From NCBI RefSeq assembly GCF_006345805.1, contig NC_043000.1:49290001-49354000 (forward strand): a stretch of DNA of 64,000 bases, in the 5' to 3' direction. The stretch's first letter is position 1; every line of letters starts with the position of its first letter. This DNA is from Octopus sinensis (taxonomy: Eukaryota). Made by a program: the position numbers and the translations under genes. The notes below the pieces were generated by a model that did no database searches, was not told where the DNA came from, and saw only the letters and a list, made by a program, of their open reading frames with translations. This document shows, in pieces, positions 27,641 to 40,823 of the stretch.

Positions 27641-28519
27641 TCTTTTACAAATAAGCGGGAGGAGGGAATCAAAATTTTCATTAGTCAATTATTCTGAAAA
27701 ACAAAATAGAACAAAATGGTTTTTGTTTTTAAGGAGAAACAGAAAAATGTTGCATCAATCTGAATGTATTGTAATATATATTTCCATCACATTTTCTGAG
27801 TTTAGATCCCATCGAGAAGGACATAATTTTTATTTCACACCAGTACATCAAAGAAACGTATTTGTGTGTGTGCGTGCGTATGTGTATATACGTGTGTGTA
27901 TATGTGTGTGTGTGTGTATACATTGAAGCTATACTCATATCAATAAATCTTTAGTTTTTATTCTTAAACTAACTTTGAAATGTTGCCATATATGTGTATG
28001 TGGGTGTGTGTTTGTGTATGTATATTCGAGTCGCCTTTAGAATTGTGCGATGCGGTCTAAATATATGCGGAAAAACACAGATGATATGGTCACGGCTTCA
28101 ACACCTTCAGTCAAAGGTTTCTCCAGTTAAGGGCTTACCAAGAGCTAACGAACAGCAATAGCAACAACAACATATTTAACCAGGAAAGAACGATTTGAAT
28201 ACAGGTTGGAAAAAAATATGAAAGTGTAAAAAGAAAATGTCATTTGGATCTCGAAATAGCAATATCACCTCAAGATAGAGAATTTTTCTGTTTTGATCAA
28301 GCAATAACCTTTTATATCTAGTTGAAATGTTGCATTTGCTTTGATAGATTTATTATATCCACTCGAATACCTCTGAGGAGATACCTTCTTAAAATGACGA
28401 CCGTGAGTTTTAAATTGGATGGATAACAAGTGACATTCGGAAGATTATAGGTAGTCTTCTCTTGTTGAAGTTATTTCAATGACATTGTGGCATCATATTG
28501 GCAGATACTCGAAAAGAAA

Positions 28520-28790
<271 letters not shown>

Positions 28791-29013
28791 TGAAATATTC
28801 TGTGAATATCCGTTTGAGTGGATTCATTTACGATGTGTTACAAATGCGAATATGCATATGTATCTGTTTCTGTGTGTGTGTGTATTACTTTCGTGTTGCC
28901 ACTTATATGAGAATTTGTGTGCAGTATATCTACTCGAGCACATGCTTGTGACGTCTTAGACGTGTGTGTATGGATGAATAAATGTGTCTATATGTATATA
29001 AATACCTATATGC

Positions 29014-29066
<53 letters not shown>

Positions 29067-31076
29067 GCGCATTCTGGCATGTACATATATATAAGTACTT
29101 ATTAACAAGCATTTTCATACATATATAGTCACATGTACACCTACACATATCTAGGCGTATACACAATGCATATATACTTTGATGTGTGTGTACATCTATA
29201 CATACATATACAAAAACACAAACACACACATACATATATATACATATATAGAGAGAGAGACAGAGGCATATATGTATATATACATGCATAGAACAGTATG
29301 CATATACATATTATGCGTGTGAATATATATAGATTTATATATTCATGTATACGTATCTATACATATACACTCATGTACACACAAGCACACACATACCCAT
29401 ACAGATATAATCCCGTTACTATATTTTCGTCTACATCAGGAAAAAGCTTATCAATAAACAGTTAAATCATTTCTATCATCCTATCTCTTTGGATGACTGT
29501 ATACTGTATAGAAATCGATTAGATACATAATAATCTAGGCAGTGTCTCTCTCTCTCTACATCAAAGACGCCGAAATATTATCATGTTATTTCTAATTACT
29601 TTTATTACAGCATTTTCAGTGAAGTTACTTTTAAAAGTAAAGTCGTTCCGATAGTAAACTTCAAAGCCACACCGTAGGAGACGGTATCAACAGAATATAT
29701 TTGTACGGAAATTCGTAGGGCAGAAAGATTTATGGTCGTGATACTGTGTTATGTGATAAATCAGCAGAATTTCCACGTGGAAATTAGATCTTTAGGTTAT
29801 CTTGTTATGGCTGCCTTATTATGAAGCAGGTTAAGGAATATCGTTCTTGATAAGATAATCAACTAGTGCTCCCTCTCCCGCCTTCTAGCCAAAATAAAAT
29901 TAGATACTATAATCTCATTATTGTATTTATTTCACACTTATCATTGACAATGGTTATGGATGTGTCTTTGGTAAGATGCAATATATATTTTTTCCTCTGT
30001 TTATATTTTATATATTCTGTATTATGTAATAACTGAGAACAAATATAAGCTTAATCATGTGTGCCCGAAATATATATTTCTTCTTAATTATCAATGAAAG
30101 ACAAAGAAATTACTTTGTACGCTGCAATTACTGGAAATTTCCCGAGAAACTGGTTAATTGCGAACTATTATCAAACCTACACCGCAGCCTTGACTAAAAA
30201 ATCCAACTCCGTTAAAACACACACGACTTAAATTTTGTGCAAACATTTATACATACATACATACATACATACATAATACATGTATGCATGCATGCATACA
30301 TACGTAAGTACGTACGTACGTATGCATGCATGCATACATACGTAAGTACGTACGTACGTACGAGATGGAGAAAGAGTGGGGAGAGAAAGATCTATGTTAC
30401 GTACACATGAAGAGAGAGATTGGGGAGAGAAAGGTGTGTGTTACATCTGTTTATGCTTGGTGCATTTTCTTTTAACAGTTTAAAAGTGCATCAAGTTGTA
30501 TCACTTCATGATAAATGTAAACTAATTTTCTTCTGATTAAGAACCATACTATACCACACTGAAAAGCATTAGTGGTCAAATTTATCGTCTGAAATATTTA
30601 AAACCGGTTTCTTACCGTGGCTGTAATCCAGTGATATTATTAAAAATATTCAGATTATGCAATAGAAATAACTCTGGTTTAAAATCTTTAACTATAAGGC
30701 ATATTTAACGTATGTATATCGCTGAAAAGTCAGACTGCAGTGGTCGCTTCGGGTCCCTTTATAGCTTTAGCGTATTAAAAAAATTCTTCAGTGCAAGAAA
30801 AAAAAAACGAAATTGTTGCAGAAGGAAGCGATTCAAACATTTCATTTAAAATATATTCAATAAATGCATGCAAACATATATTCGCACATGTGTATAGAAG
30901 TAGATGTAATTATAAAAGGTACATATGTATATGTGTGTTTGTACATATATATGTATCTGTGTGTATGTTGATATACATAGGTGTGTGTGTACAGATATAT
31001 TGTAATATATGTATACTCACACACACACACATGATGATTGTTTTCTTCTTTGCACTTTTCCCTTTCCCCTTTTTCC

Positions 31077-31109
31077 TTTCCGACGAAGAGCTTTGCTCGA
31101 AACGTTAAA
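31077..31109 (+). ncRNA. Minimal hammerhead-like motif (variant core CCGACGA)
   Basis: TTT-CCGACGA-A-GAGC-TTT-GCTC-GAAACGTT-AAA; same helix II and 3' flank as the motif at 7109. Confidence 0.55.
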
Positions 31110-31330
31110 AACTCACTATTTTTATTGGATGGCAACTAATTCATTCTATGTGGAAGTCCTTTTGTTGTTATTGTTATTTTCAGTGTTCGTTTATTTGACT
31201 TGATTATAAATATGTATGTGTGTGTGTGTGTGTGTGTGGTGTGTGTGTGTGCATATATGGGTACAGGACGTCACAAATAGTAAACAACACGAAATACGAA
31301 AACAAATGAGTTGAATACGCAAACAACGAG

Positions 31331-31802
31331 ACAAACAAATGAAAAACAGGATAAGTAACATAAAGAACGACTCTTTATCAGTTGTCGGCTGCCTATCTAC
31401 TCCTCATTTCGAGCATTGAACGACAATATGAGTCTTGGAAGGCAGTTGCTCCCACAAATACCAAAAGAATTAGGGATTTATGAATGATCAAAGATGGGAA
31501 CAAAAACAGGACAGTGGAGACATAAAGGAAACCTAACAAAAACAAATATGCTGGATCGTTAGACCAGAACGCTTATTTATCCTCATACTGGTCTAACGAC
31601 CGTCCATGTTTGTTTTCGTTCGGTTTCCTTGTATGTCCTGTTTTTTGTTACCAACTCTGATCCTTTATTTTGGTATTTGTGGGAACAATTGCCTTCGAAG
31701 AATCATATTGTCGTTCAATACTCGAAATGAGGAGTAGATAGGCAGCCGGCTACGGATGGAGGGTCGTTATTTATGATATTTATCCTGTTTTCTATTTGTT
31801 TC
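31331..31802. repeat. Long imperfect palindrome (fold-back), arms about 215-235 bp, 20-nt spacer
   Basis: cgttagaccag/ctggtctaacg at the centre; ggctgcctatctactcctcatttcgag mirrored by ctcgaaatgaggagtagataggcagcc. Confidence 0.85.
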
Positions 31803-31807
31803 TTCAC

Positions 31808-32315
31808 AAAGAAGATCGCCTCGCTTCAACAGCTCGACTACTGGGAAAGGCTGAAAAAGCTAAAACTCTGCTTCCTGGAGCGAAGGCGGGAGAGGTATGC
31901 ATTAATATACATCTGGAAGATCCTAGAAGGAATTGTGCCAAATTTTGGTATTAAAAGCTACACCAATGCCAGAACGGGTCGACACTGCACAGAACAATAG
32001 ATCCAAACAATGCCATCGCGCTTCACGACCAGTTACTGCAACAGCCTGGGTTTCAGGGACCCACATTTTTTTTTATATTCTCCCAACGTGCTTGGGGAGT
32101 CTACACAAAATGGATGTACGTGTTTTCAAATCAGAAATGGACCCCTTTCTGTCGAGATTCCCAGATGAACCTACCTCACGGCAAAAGGTTTAAATAAGGC
32201 TAGCGACATCAAACTCACTTATTCACCAAATGCCACATATTAGAGGAGACTCTCAATAATAACAGTATACCAAAAGGGTGGAGCCCCTGCATAGCCGTAG
32301 CTCCGAGATGAAACT

Positions 32316-32318
<3 letters not shown>
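31808..32318 (+). mobile_element. CR1-type LINE 3' end (5'-truncated)
   Basis: KKIASLQQLDYWERLKKLKLCFLERRRERYALIYIWKILEG matches the CR1 ORF2 C-terminal YxERLxxLxLxSLERRR motif; 3' UTR runs into a (TA)n array. Confidence 0.85.
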
Positions 32319-32387
<69 letters not shown>

Positions 32388-32425
32388 CATATGTGTGTGA
32401 GTGTGTGTGTAGCACATACATACAC

Positions 32426-32817
32426 AGAAGTGGCTACGTGATAAGAAGCTTGCTTGCTTGCCAACCACATGGTTCCGGGATCAGTCCTACTGCGTGGCAC
32501 CTAGAGCAAGCGTCCTCTACTATAGCCTTGAGCCGACCAAAGCCTTGTTAGTAGATTTCTTATACGGAAACTGAAAGAAGTCCGTTGTATATATTCATAT
32601 ATGTATTTGTGTGTCTATGTTTTTCCCGCCACCATCGCTTGACAACCGATGTTGGTGTGTTCATGTCCCCTTAACTTAGCGGTTCAGCAAAAGAGACCGA
32701 TGGGATAAGTACTAAGCTTTCAAAGAGTAAGTCTTGGAGTTGATTTGTTCGACTACAGACAGTGCTCTAGCATGGCCGCAGTCAAATAACTGAAGCAAGT
32801 AAAAGGATAAAAAAATA
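32426..32817 (+). mobile_element. SINE family B, full length
   Basis: Head, microsatellite core and tail all present. Confidence 0.88.
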
Positions 32818-32831
32818 ATTGTATATACTTT

Positions 32832-32879
<48 letters not shown>

Positions 32880-32937
32880 CACATACATACATAGATACAT
32901 ACATACATATATATACATACATACATACATACATACA

Positions 32938-32969
<32 letters not shown>

Positions 32970-33052
32970 GGCACATATACGTATATGTGTGTGCGTGTAT
33001 AGGGACAAGTGAGCAAATGAACGGAAATAGCACTCAAAACATACTCATACTT

Positions 33053-33143
33053 GTATTTATTGAGTAATACGAATAGCTAAGTCAACATGTTATTCAATAT
33101 TTCCATTTTATATATATATATATTATATATATATATATATATA

Positions 33144-33191
<48 letters not shown>

Positions 33192-33290
33192 TGTGTGTAT
33201 GTGTATATATATATATATATTATATGTATGTATGTATTGGAAATATTGAATAACAGGTTGTCTTAGCTATTCGTATTACTCAATAAATAC
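33053..33290. mobile_element. MITE-like inverted repeat enclosing only microsatellite
   Basis: 53-bp arms (33053-33105 and 33238-33290), 51/53 identical; interior is (TA)n(TG)n. Confidence 0.8.
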
Positions 33291-33307
33291 ATCTCTGAGT
33301 ATACATG

Positions 33308-33343
<36 letters not shown>

Positions 33344-33660
33344 CGTGAATAAGAAATCAATAAATACCATTATATTTAATTCTAAAACAGATGGAGTTGT
33401 AAATCCATCGGTTTGCCGACTAAACATAGTTGACCAAATCAACTATTTTTGTTATTTGATTTTGTTTTAGAAACTGGCCGACGTACCTTCTCTTTCTAAT
33501 AACGTCTTCTGTTTTCGTAAGAATAAGTCAACACAGCCCTTCGTCCATAGGTAAATACAGTCTAAATGTATTGTATTGAAGGAGCACTAGTTTTAATTCA
33601 TTTTATTGAGTCGCAAAGCATTAACGCATGAATTAACATAGCTTCTTTCTAACTCCTCCT

Positions 33661-33711
<51 letters not shown>

Positions 33712-34025
33712 TTCACACTCATGCATGATATATATATATATATAACGCGTATATCTATTGAATGAGGTAGAGACGGAATAAGTGTATGCTAGAGAGACGG
33801 AAAAGCGAACAAGTCGAGATACAATGACAAGAGGCAGGTAAATAAATAATAAACATAAAGAGTTCAATTGCGATGATGAGTTCATTGAAAGCAAGCCTTT
33901 TGTATCGTGCAGTATTAAATGAACGAATTGCAATAATAAATGAAGGAACGATTTAATGAACGAATACAACTACATTTATATACGTAACTCTGCCGTGGTA
34001 TGTGATGTGTGTGCGTGTGTATATA

Positions 34026-34056
34026 TACTAGCAATGCATCCTGGTGTTGTCCGAGT
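34026..34056 (-). mobile_element. Degenerate Helitron 3' terminus
   Basis: actagcaatgcatcctggtgttgtccgag resembles the end of the Helitron at 16929. Confidence 0.4.
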
Positions 34057-34149
34057 ATATTGACCTACAGCCACGTTGTATTATGTTTTCCTTTCTTATG
34101 GGCAGATTCGGCACACGAGGAGTATGAAGCAAACAGCTCTTCATAAACA

Positions 34150-34338
34150 TGTATGTTTCTTATGATTTCTTCCAGACGTTTCGACAGACTCTGTACCAGC
34201 CTACGACAAACGTTCTGGTCAATTTCGTTGACCTGCACTTCTTTTATGGATGCCTTCAATTCTTCAACGTTTTGGGGATGTTTAGAAGAACTTTCTTCTC
34301 ATGATCAACCAAAGGTTTTCTATTGAGTTGATGTCCGA
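34150..34338 (-). mobile_element. Tc1 transposase C-terminal remnant
   Basis: SDINSIENLWLIMRRK (SPDLNPIENLW motif), then VEELKASIKE...VCRRLVQSLSKRLEEII; frameshifted. Confidence 0.75.
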
Positions 34339-34349
34339 TATATATATAG

Positions 34350-34445
34350 TGGCAAACACTTGCCCAAGGTATATGCAGAGGGACTGAACGTGGAACCATG
34401 TGATTGGGAAGCAAACTTCTCAACCACACAGTCATTCTTGCACCT
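34350..34445 (-). mobile_element. SINE B head fragment
   Basis: acacttgcccaagg...ggaaccatgtgattgggaagcaaacttct. Confidence 0.7.
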
Positions 34446-35419
34446 AATGTGTATGTATGTGCTTACATTTGTTGTTAATCGAGTATTGCGTCCCACTATG
34501 TCTCAAACTTAGCAGTTCATCAAGCAGAGATCTGTAGAATAAATGCCAGATTGAGATACGTATTGAGATCAGTATGATCAAGGAAAAAACTATGCGAGGC
34601 AAATCTGGGCTAAACAAAACACAAACATACTTTACTTTAAAAGATTATCTTCTAAATAGTACTCATAAAGTTGATGGTATATTTTCGAAGTTACATTCCC
34701 TTGTAAAACTCCATTTATTTTAAACATATTCTCATTATGCTCCAAGACATAATGGTTGTTCAGGAAGAGTTGCTAAAGACTTCAAAATTTTGTGTCCCGA
34801 CCTTGCTTTCGAGGTCATTTTGCAGTAAAAACGAATTGTTGTGCAAAAAACTTATTTCATTTAGTAGCCGAAAGGTTACTGAATCTTTTGATACCTCATA
34901 CGTCAAAATCAGTAACTCATATATACACACACATACAGGAAATTATAAATATATATATACATAACTGTGTGCGTATATTAATATGTATATGTTTGTCTGT
35001 CTGTGTCTGTGTATATGCATGTGTGCAGAATTCTAACATCAGTTCCATTTATGCACTAGAATGAAACCGACATACAACTTACAAACCACTAAGATACGTG
35101 CATTGCTTACCGCGCTACCCGTCTGTTTACGGTTACATTACATTGAACCAATGAGAATCCTGTACTATGTCGCTTGCGTTAATCGCTCACATAGCACCTA
35201 CCACATTAAGAAAAGGACACATGGACATTTTAGTTATCGTAGTGATGGAAAGATCTTCGCTATAATGCCTTGAATCATATGCCTGCGTGGTCACGCTAAA
35301 GAAACTAATTACGTTCTTGTTTATTGCCACTCATCATAATTTACTTTCAGTAAGAGGTTTCCCATATATCCGCTGCAGATAGCAGAATAGTTATCGTAAA
35401 ATAGTTACTTTCAGTCAAA

Positions 35420-35550
35420 TCTAGAAGTTTAATGCCTAGATTTTACAGAGGCTTTCGACAAAGCTGATAATGGGATTATATACTAAAAGATATGGAATAT
35501 CAGAATAATTGAGAAAATAAGAAATGGCGTTGTATGATTTCTGCAGACAA
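35420..35550 (+). mobile_element. CR1-type RT remnant
   Basis: CLDFTEAFDKADNGI corresponds to [14 protein letters not shown]; compare 48960. Confidence 0.6.
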
Positions 35551-35954
35551 AACTTTGTTTATTTATCTATTTATTTATTTGCTTTGTTTTTCTTTTTAGT
35601 CAACCGTAATATTTCAAAAACACCTAACGAATTAAGAGTGGAGTATATAAAGGAAATGTATGGGTTTCATTTCTATTTACGAGAGATGACAGAGACAGAT
35701 ATATTGTTTATTAGAATAGACACACTAACAAGTTAAGTCTATACTACAAGAATTTAAATGACAAATCTAAGTCCTTCCAGTGACATGATAAAAGAGTCAT
35801 TTTTTGTTGTCTGAACGATCGCATATAGCAAAATAATATGAGTAGTGAAAGAGTGGGGGTCGTCAAATTTAATGAATACACTCACATATACCCTTGTACA
35901 CGTATTGAGTACTTGTTCTTCTCCTCGTATATTTAAACGTATGTATAATATCGC

Positions 35955-36330
35955 GGAAGTGGCTATGTGTGGTTAAGAAGTTTATTCCTAACCACATGGT
36001 TCCGGATGCAGTCGTACTGCGTGTCACCTTGGGCAAGTAATTCTAATATAGCTTCGGGCCAACCAAACCTTGTGAGTGGATTTCGTAGACGGAAACAGGA
36101 AGAATCCCGTCGTATGTATATGTATATGTGTGTGTGTGTATTTATGTATGTGTGTGTCTGTATCCCCCCCGTTCACCACTTGACAACTGGTGTTGGCGTG
36201 TTTATGTCCCCGAAATTTGCGGTTCGGCAAAAAGGAACGATACAATAAGTACCAAGCTTAAACAAAATACTAATGTCGATACATTCGACTATAATATCAA
36301 TACGATGCCCCAGCATAGCCTCAGTCTAGT
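35955..36330 (+). mobile_element. SINE family B
   Basis: gtggctatgtgtggttaagaag...ccacttgacaac...gcggttcggcaaaa. Confidence 0.85.
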
Positions 36331-37534
36331 TAGATATATATATATATACACGCGCACGTATGTAGTGTATATATATATATATATATATATACATATATAA
36401 ACAGTGGTTCAATGCTCATATATGTATGCTTGCGTATATGCCTATTTATACTTGTGTATATGTATTATATATGTAATATATAATTCTAATTATTTACATG
36501 TATAATATGTAGTTGTGTGTGTGCGTGTATGCATGTTCGTGCATGTGTGTGTGCGTGTATGTGTAATTCGATGCCCAGATCTTTGAAGCACTGTAGTTAC
36601 AGTTCTTTTCCATATTGCAACATAGGTATCCAAGGTAGAATGAAGAGAAGTTTATCATTGCATTATTAGAATCTGTGTAAAATATTCTAAGAATTGAGAG
36701 CATTCATTTTTTTTTTTTTTGTTACTAAACTGGCAGCAACTTCCCAATAACTGGTGCTATTGATCCTGAGAACATTTTGAACTAGAGAACAGATAGGCAT
36801 ATAGAATCGCAAATGATAAAAACAATTGCGACTGGGAGGAGTAAGGCAGGTTCAACAAAGAAAGATTTTTGCGAACAATATGACTTGAACAAATGGAAAC
36901 AATTAATGGTGTAGGAATATGAAATACGATTTAGTTCTATAGCATGACATTAATGAAATTGTTCAAGAGAATATTTTATTACTTCAATCAAGATTATATG
37001 TGTGTACCGTGTATCGCCCACAAACGTTGTACTGGCGGCTCTCTGTGTTCTAAGCAATCCAGATTGCTGATCTCAACGATTTTCCTTTCATAGTGTGAAA
37101 CTCATTATTGAATTGGAATAAATCCAACGGCTTTAAACGAATATGATTGCTTGATTGCTTCTATACCGCATCGGACTACTGGCATATGTTAGAAGCTTTA
37201 AGCTCTTACTCTCTAGTAAAGGTAAAGATACACATATTTTACATGTGGCAATCCAGGAAGAACCGGCTCTTAATTTTACAAATGAAAGCTATACAATTAT
37301 CCAACCTGGATCCTTGTATTTCAAAAATATTTTGTTCTCTATCACTCGAGCTTGTATTAGGTACAGCAATATCCTTCACATCAGAGCATCTCAGCTTTTT
37401 TTTTATAATCTTCTTGAGACAGAAACTAACAGTGCGGAAGTAAAACCAAAACGTTTAGAGTAGCTTTAGATATTCTACTGGGTATAAAACTGCATGAAAC
37501 GGCAAACACTCTTGCATTAATTACAAAATGAGCT

Positions 37535-37696
37535 TTTCTACTATAGGTAGTGAAATTTACAACGAAGGATCTAATCGATTACATCAACCCCAGTGCTCAT
37601 CTAGTCCTTATTTTATCGATCCCGAAAGGATAAAGGACGAAGCCGTCATCGACGCAGTTTGAACTCAGAACGTAAAGCTGGAAGAAATGCCGCTAC
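37535..37696 (-). mobile_element. SINE A interrupted by a SINE C insertion
   Basis: The A body stops at gaaatgccgcta; an A-head-like remnant (aatgattcagtttgctcgcc) resumes at about 38025. Confidence 0.7.
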
Positions 37697-38022
37697 GGCT
37701 CAGTGGTTAGAGCGTCGAGCTTACGATCGTGAGGTTGTGAGCTCGAATCCCGGACCGGGCTGCGTGTTGTGTTCTTGAGCAAGACATTATTTCACGTTGC
37801 TCCAGTTCACTCAGCTGTAGAAATGAGTTGCGACGTCACAGGTGCCAAGCTGTATCGGCCCTTGCCTTTCCCTTGGACAACATCGGTGACGTGGAGAGTG
37901 GAGGCCGGTATGCATGGGCGACTGCTGGTCTTCCATAAAAACAACCTTGCCCAGACTTGTGCCTCAGAGGGTAACTCTCTAGGTGCAAACCCATGGTCTG
38001 TGTCTGACCGAAGGGGGTCACC
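37697..38022 (+). mobile_element. tRNA-derived SINE family C (long type)
   Basis: ggctcagtggttagagcg A box, ctcgaatccc B-box-like; body is the reverse complement of 58302-58642. Confidence 0.9.
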
Positions 38023-38693
38023 ACAATGATTCAGTTTGCTCGCCGGCTAAATTTCATCACCCATAAAAAAGTAGAACAGCATGAATGACGAACCCGAAAT
38101 ATGGCTGTCGCTGATCACTGAATCAGGTGAAAGTGTAATGCATATACACATACATACAAACTTACATTCACACACACACACACATATATATATATATAAT
38201 TACAGCCGTCACTAACGAACGAGTATATCTTGATAGAATGTACCATACTTTCGCTAATTGGTTCAGTTGTCTATGTGTATATAATACAAATTGACAACTG
38301 TACGTTGAATGAAACGTTTCGTAATATTCGTCGTGTCTCACTGCACTCTGCGTTAAAATCTTGCAGAGTTGTTCTTCGTCACTCGTCTTGTCGTAGGATC
38401 AATAAAATAATATATTAATAATCCATAGCTATGAATTGGTGGGTTTTTTTTTTGTTAAATGAAAGCCGATATACCTTACTATATGCATGTCGTTCCTCTG
38501 TGTTCTGAGTTCAAATTCCGCTGAGGTGAAGACAGACCACACAAACATACAGTCCAACCCGAAATAAACAGCAGAGATGGGCCGGGAACGATATGCTAAG
38601 GTTTCATGGAGTTGTGGATCAAAACCGACTGGGAACTGCAAATATGTGGGGGGGGGCTGGAGTTTGTGTGTGCGTGTGTGTGTGTGTGTGTGT

Positions 38694-38726
<33 letters not shown>

Positions 38727-39929
38727 ACATGCATTTATAAATATATATGTATTATAATTTTATCAACGGTGGCTCTGAAGTCACGCGGGATCGCTGCTTT
38801 TTCATACCACTTGGTGTAACCACGACCCAGTGAAACTTCTAAGTCGCTATCTGTAATGAACGCTGGTCTCAGCATACAGTGAGTTATATATGTGCAGTTA
38901 TTTTCTCGAAACACACATATTTTCAACTATACACACACACACGCACACACACATCTTTACGTAAATATAGAGGTATGCGTGTGTAATCGTGTACACAATA
39001 ATTTAAAATATTGGCAGCGCCATAGATACTTGAATATTACATAAATTTTTTAAGTGGAAGACTATTTTTTATAGTTTATAGCTTTGAATTACTATGCCAT
39101 TAAGATTTCGAGTGTAACAGCTCTTTTTCAAACGTTTTCTTTTTTCTACTAATCTTTTCGATAAATGCGGTAACATTTTTTTATTAAGTAATAATAATAA
39201 TATCCCAGGTTTTAATGGATTTTAGAGTGAAGTGCTGGCTATCGTACATTTAAAATATATATACATAGAGACACATACATATAGCTATGTACGTATGTAT
39301 GTATGTTCGTATGTATGTATTTATGTACGTACGTACGTACGCAAGTATGTATGTATAATAGCAATACGGTTGCGTTAAAGATGCTATTTATGAAAAACGG
39401 GGTTGTCTCTTCTTATAACTTTTCGGTAAAAAAAAAACAATGAATCGAAACAATATTGATTTCTTACTTTTGCACAACGCCAAAATAGTAATAGTAAATA
39501 GAAGAGGCAACTGAGTCATTTTGCGAGAAAATTACTGCTATTCATTTTTACTGAAAACTGTTACATGAAAGACAAATTCAGCTCTGATAAGGGGGTTTTT
39601 GTTATTATTTGCTGGATGTTGTTGTAAATCACTGTATCCATGTTCTTCGCAGGTCTTTAGAGACCGGCGACACTGATAGCGTATCGTTCTGCCTAAACTG
39701 CTGCAAGTCAATGATAGCAGGAAAAATTATGTAGGAAGGAAATTTGAGAAAAGTGATATCTTTGAGGAATCACTGTGTTGTGATTAGTGTCAGACCTGGA
39801 CGTCTGGAATTAATATAGGGGACGAGGTAAAAAGAGACGAATGAGAAGAGAGTAGCGAAGAAAAAGTGTCACGAAACCAACCGTCTCCGCTGCAGCATTA
39901 GAATATACAGAAAATGGCGACAGCAAATC

Positions 39930-40150
39930 TATGCACTACCGTTGTCTACGAAGAACTTAATACCAATCACTTGACTGGCCTTACTCTGGATGCAATCTAG
40001 AATGCCTTGTATGTATATCAACAGCACCATCCCAGCTGTGGCTTTCACTTGAGATTTGCTAGCTGTCGCAAGTGTCTGAAGTATTTCCTGACACTGGACA
40101 GGAAGATCATGCCTTGAGATGGAGGTAAATTTGATGTGAGAACATTCCAA
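39930..40150 (-). mobile_element. Jockey/CR1-like LINE post-RT remnant
   Basis: KSQVK...ILDCIQSKASQVIG resembles YKAQVRP...LDxIQxRAxRLIG. Confidence 0.4.
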
Positions 40151-40823
40151 GGACTTTCTTTAATCTTTTGTGTCAAGGACTCTTAAAAACGCCTACCATC
40201 CCTACATAACATATAGGTCTATGCATATGTACACACATATACATCCATACATATGTACACACACATACTCGCTCATACATACACACATATAGAGATATTA
40301 GCACTTGCAAATGCTATCAGAAGAGACTGTCCTCCTGTCCTATGTTTTCTATAGAGAATCATAGTTGCCTAGACTCTAAAAGTACAACAATAATTGTACT
40401 AAAACTAATGCGAGTTGTACTATTCATGAAAATGAATAACGGAAAGGCGGCTGCGTAACATTGTTGTTCAAGCTGCTAGAAATATCAACCAAATCGCCTT
40501 CAGGCAGTATCCTAGTTTGGAAAAATAGAAGACGTGTTAGATAATGGAGCACGAGATTGCCTCAAAGAAGAAAGCATGGTCACAGATTGAATGCCTTTGT
40601 TAAGACTTAAGCTAGAGTTTAACGACTACACTTCTTTCAGCAAACTAGAGAGCCTTTCTTTCACGGCACGTTTTCCAAACAACACATTTTTATTATTCAT
40701 AGTAATAAAAGATGTATAGTGTCACTTGTTTTGAATATCAACAACATGAATGAGAAAAATATGGTTAAGGAGTGTTGGGCTTACTAAATATACATATAGT
40801 AAGGTATCACATACGCTTGTTTA

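Noticed and set aside
30609-30666. Minus-strand 58-nt exon candidate LFLLHNLNIFNNITGLQP with a strong gtaaga donor
   Set aside because: Short, low-information peptide that cannot be linked to other exons
37697-37770. Possible tRNA gene
   Set aside because: A and B boxes are present, but there is no proper acceptor or anticodon stem and it continues into a SINE body; the same holds for all tRNA-like heads here
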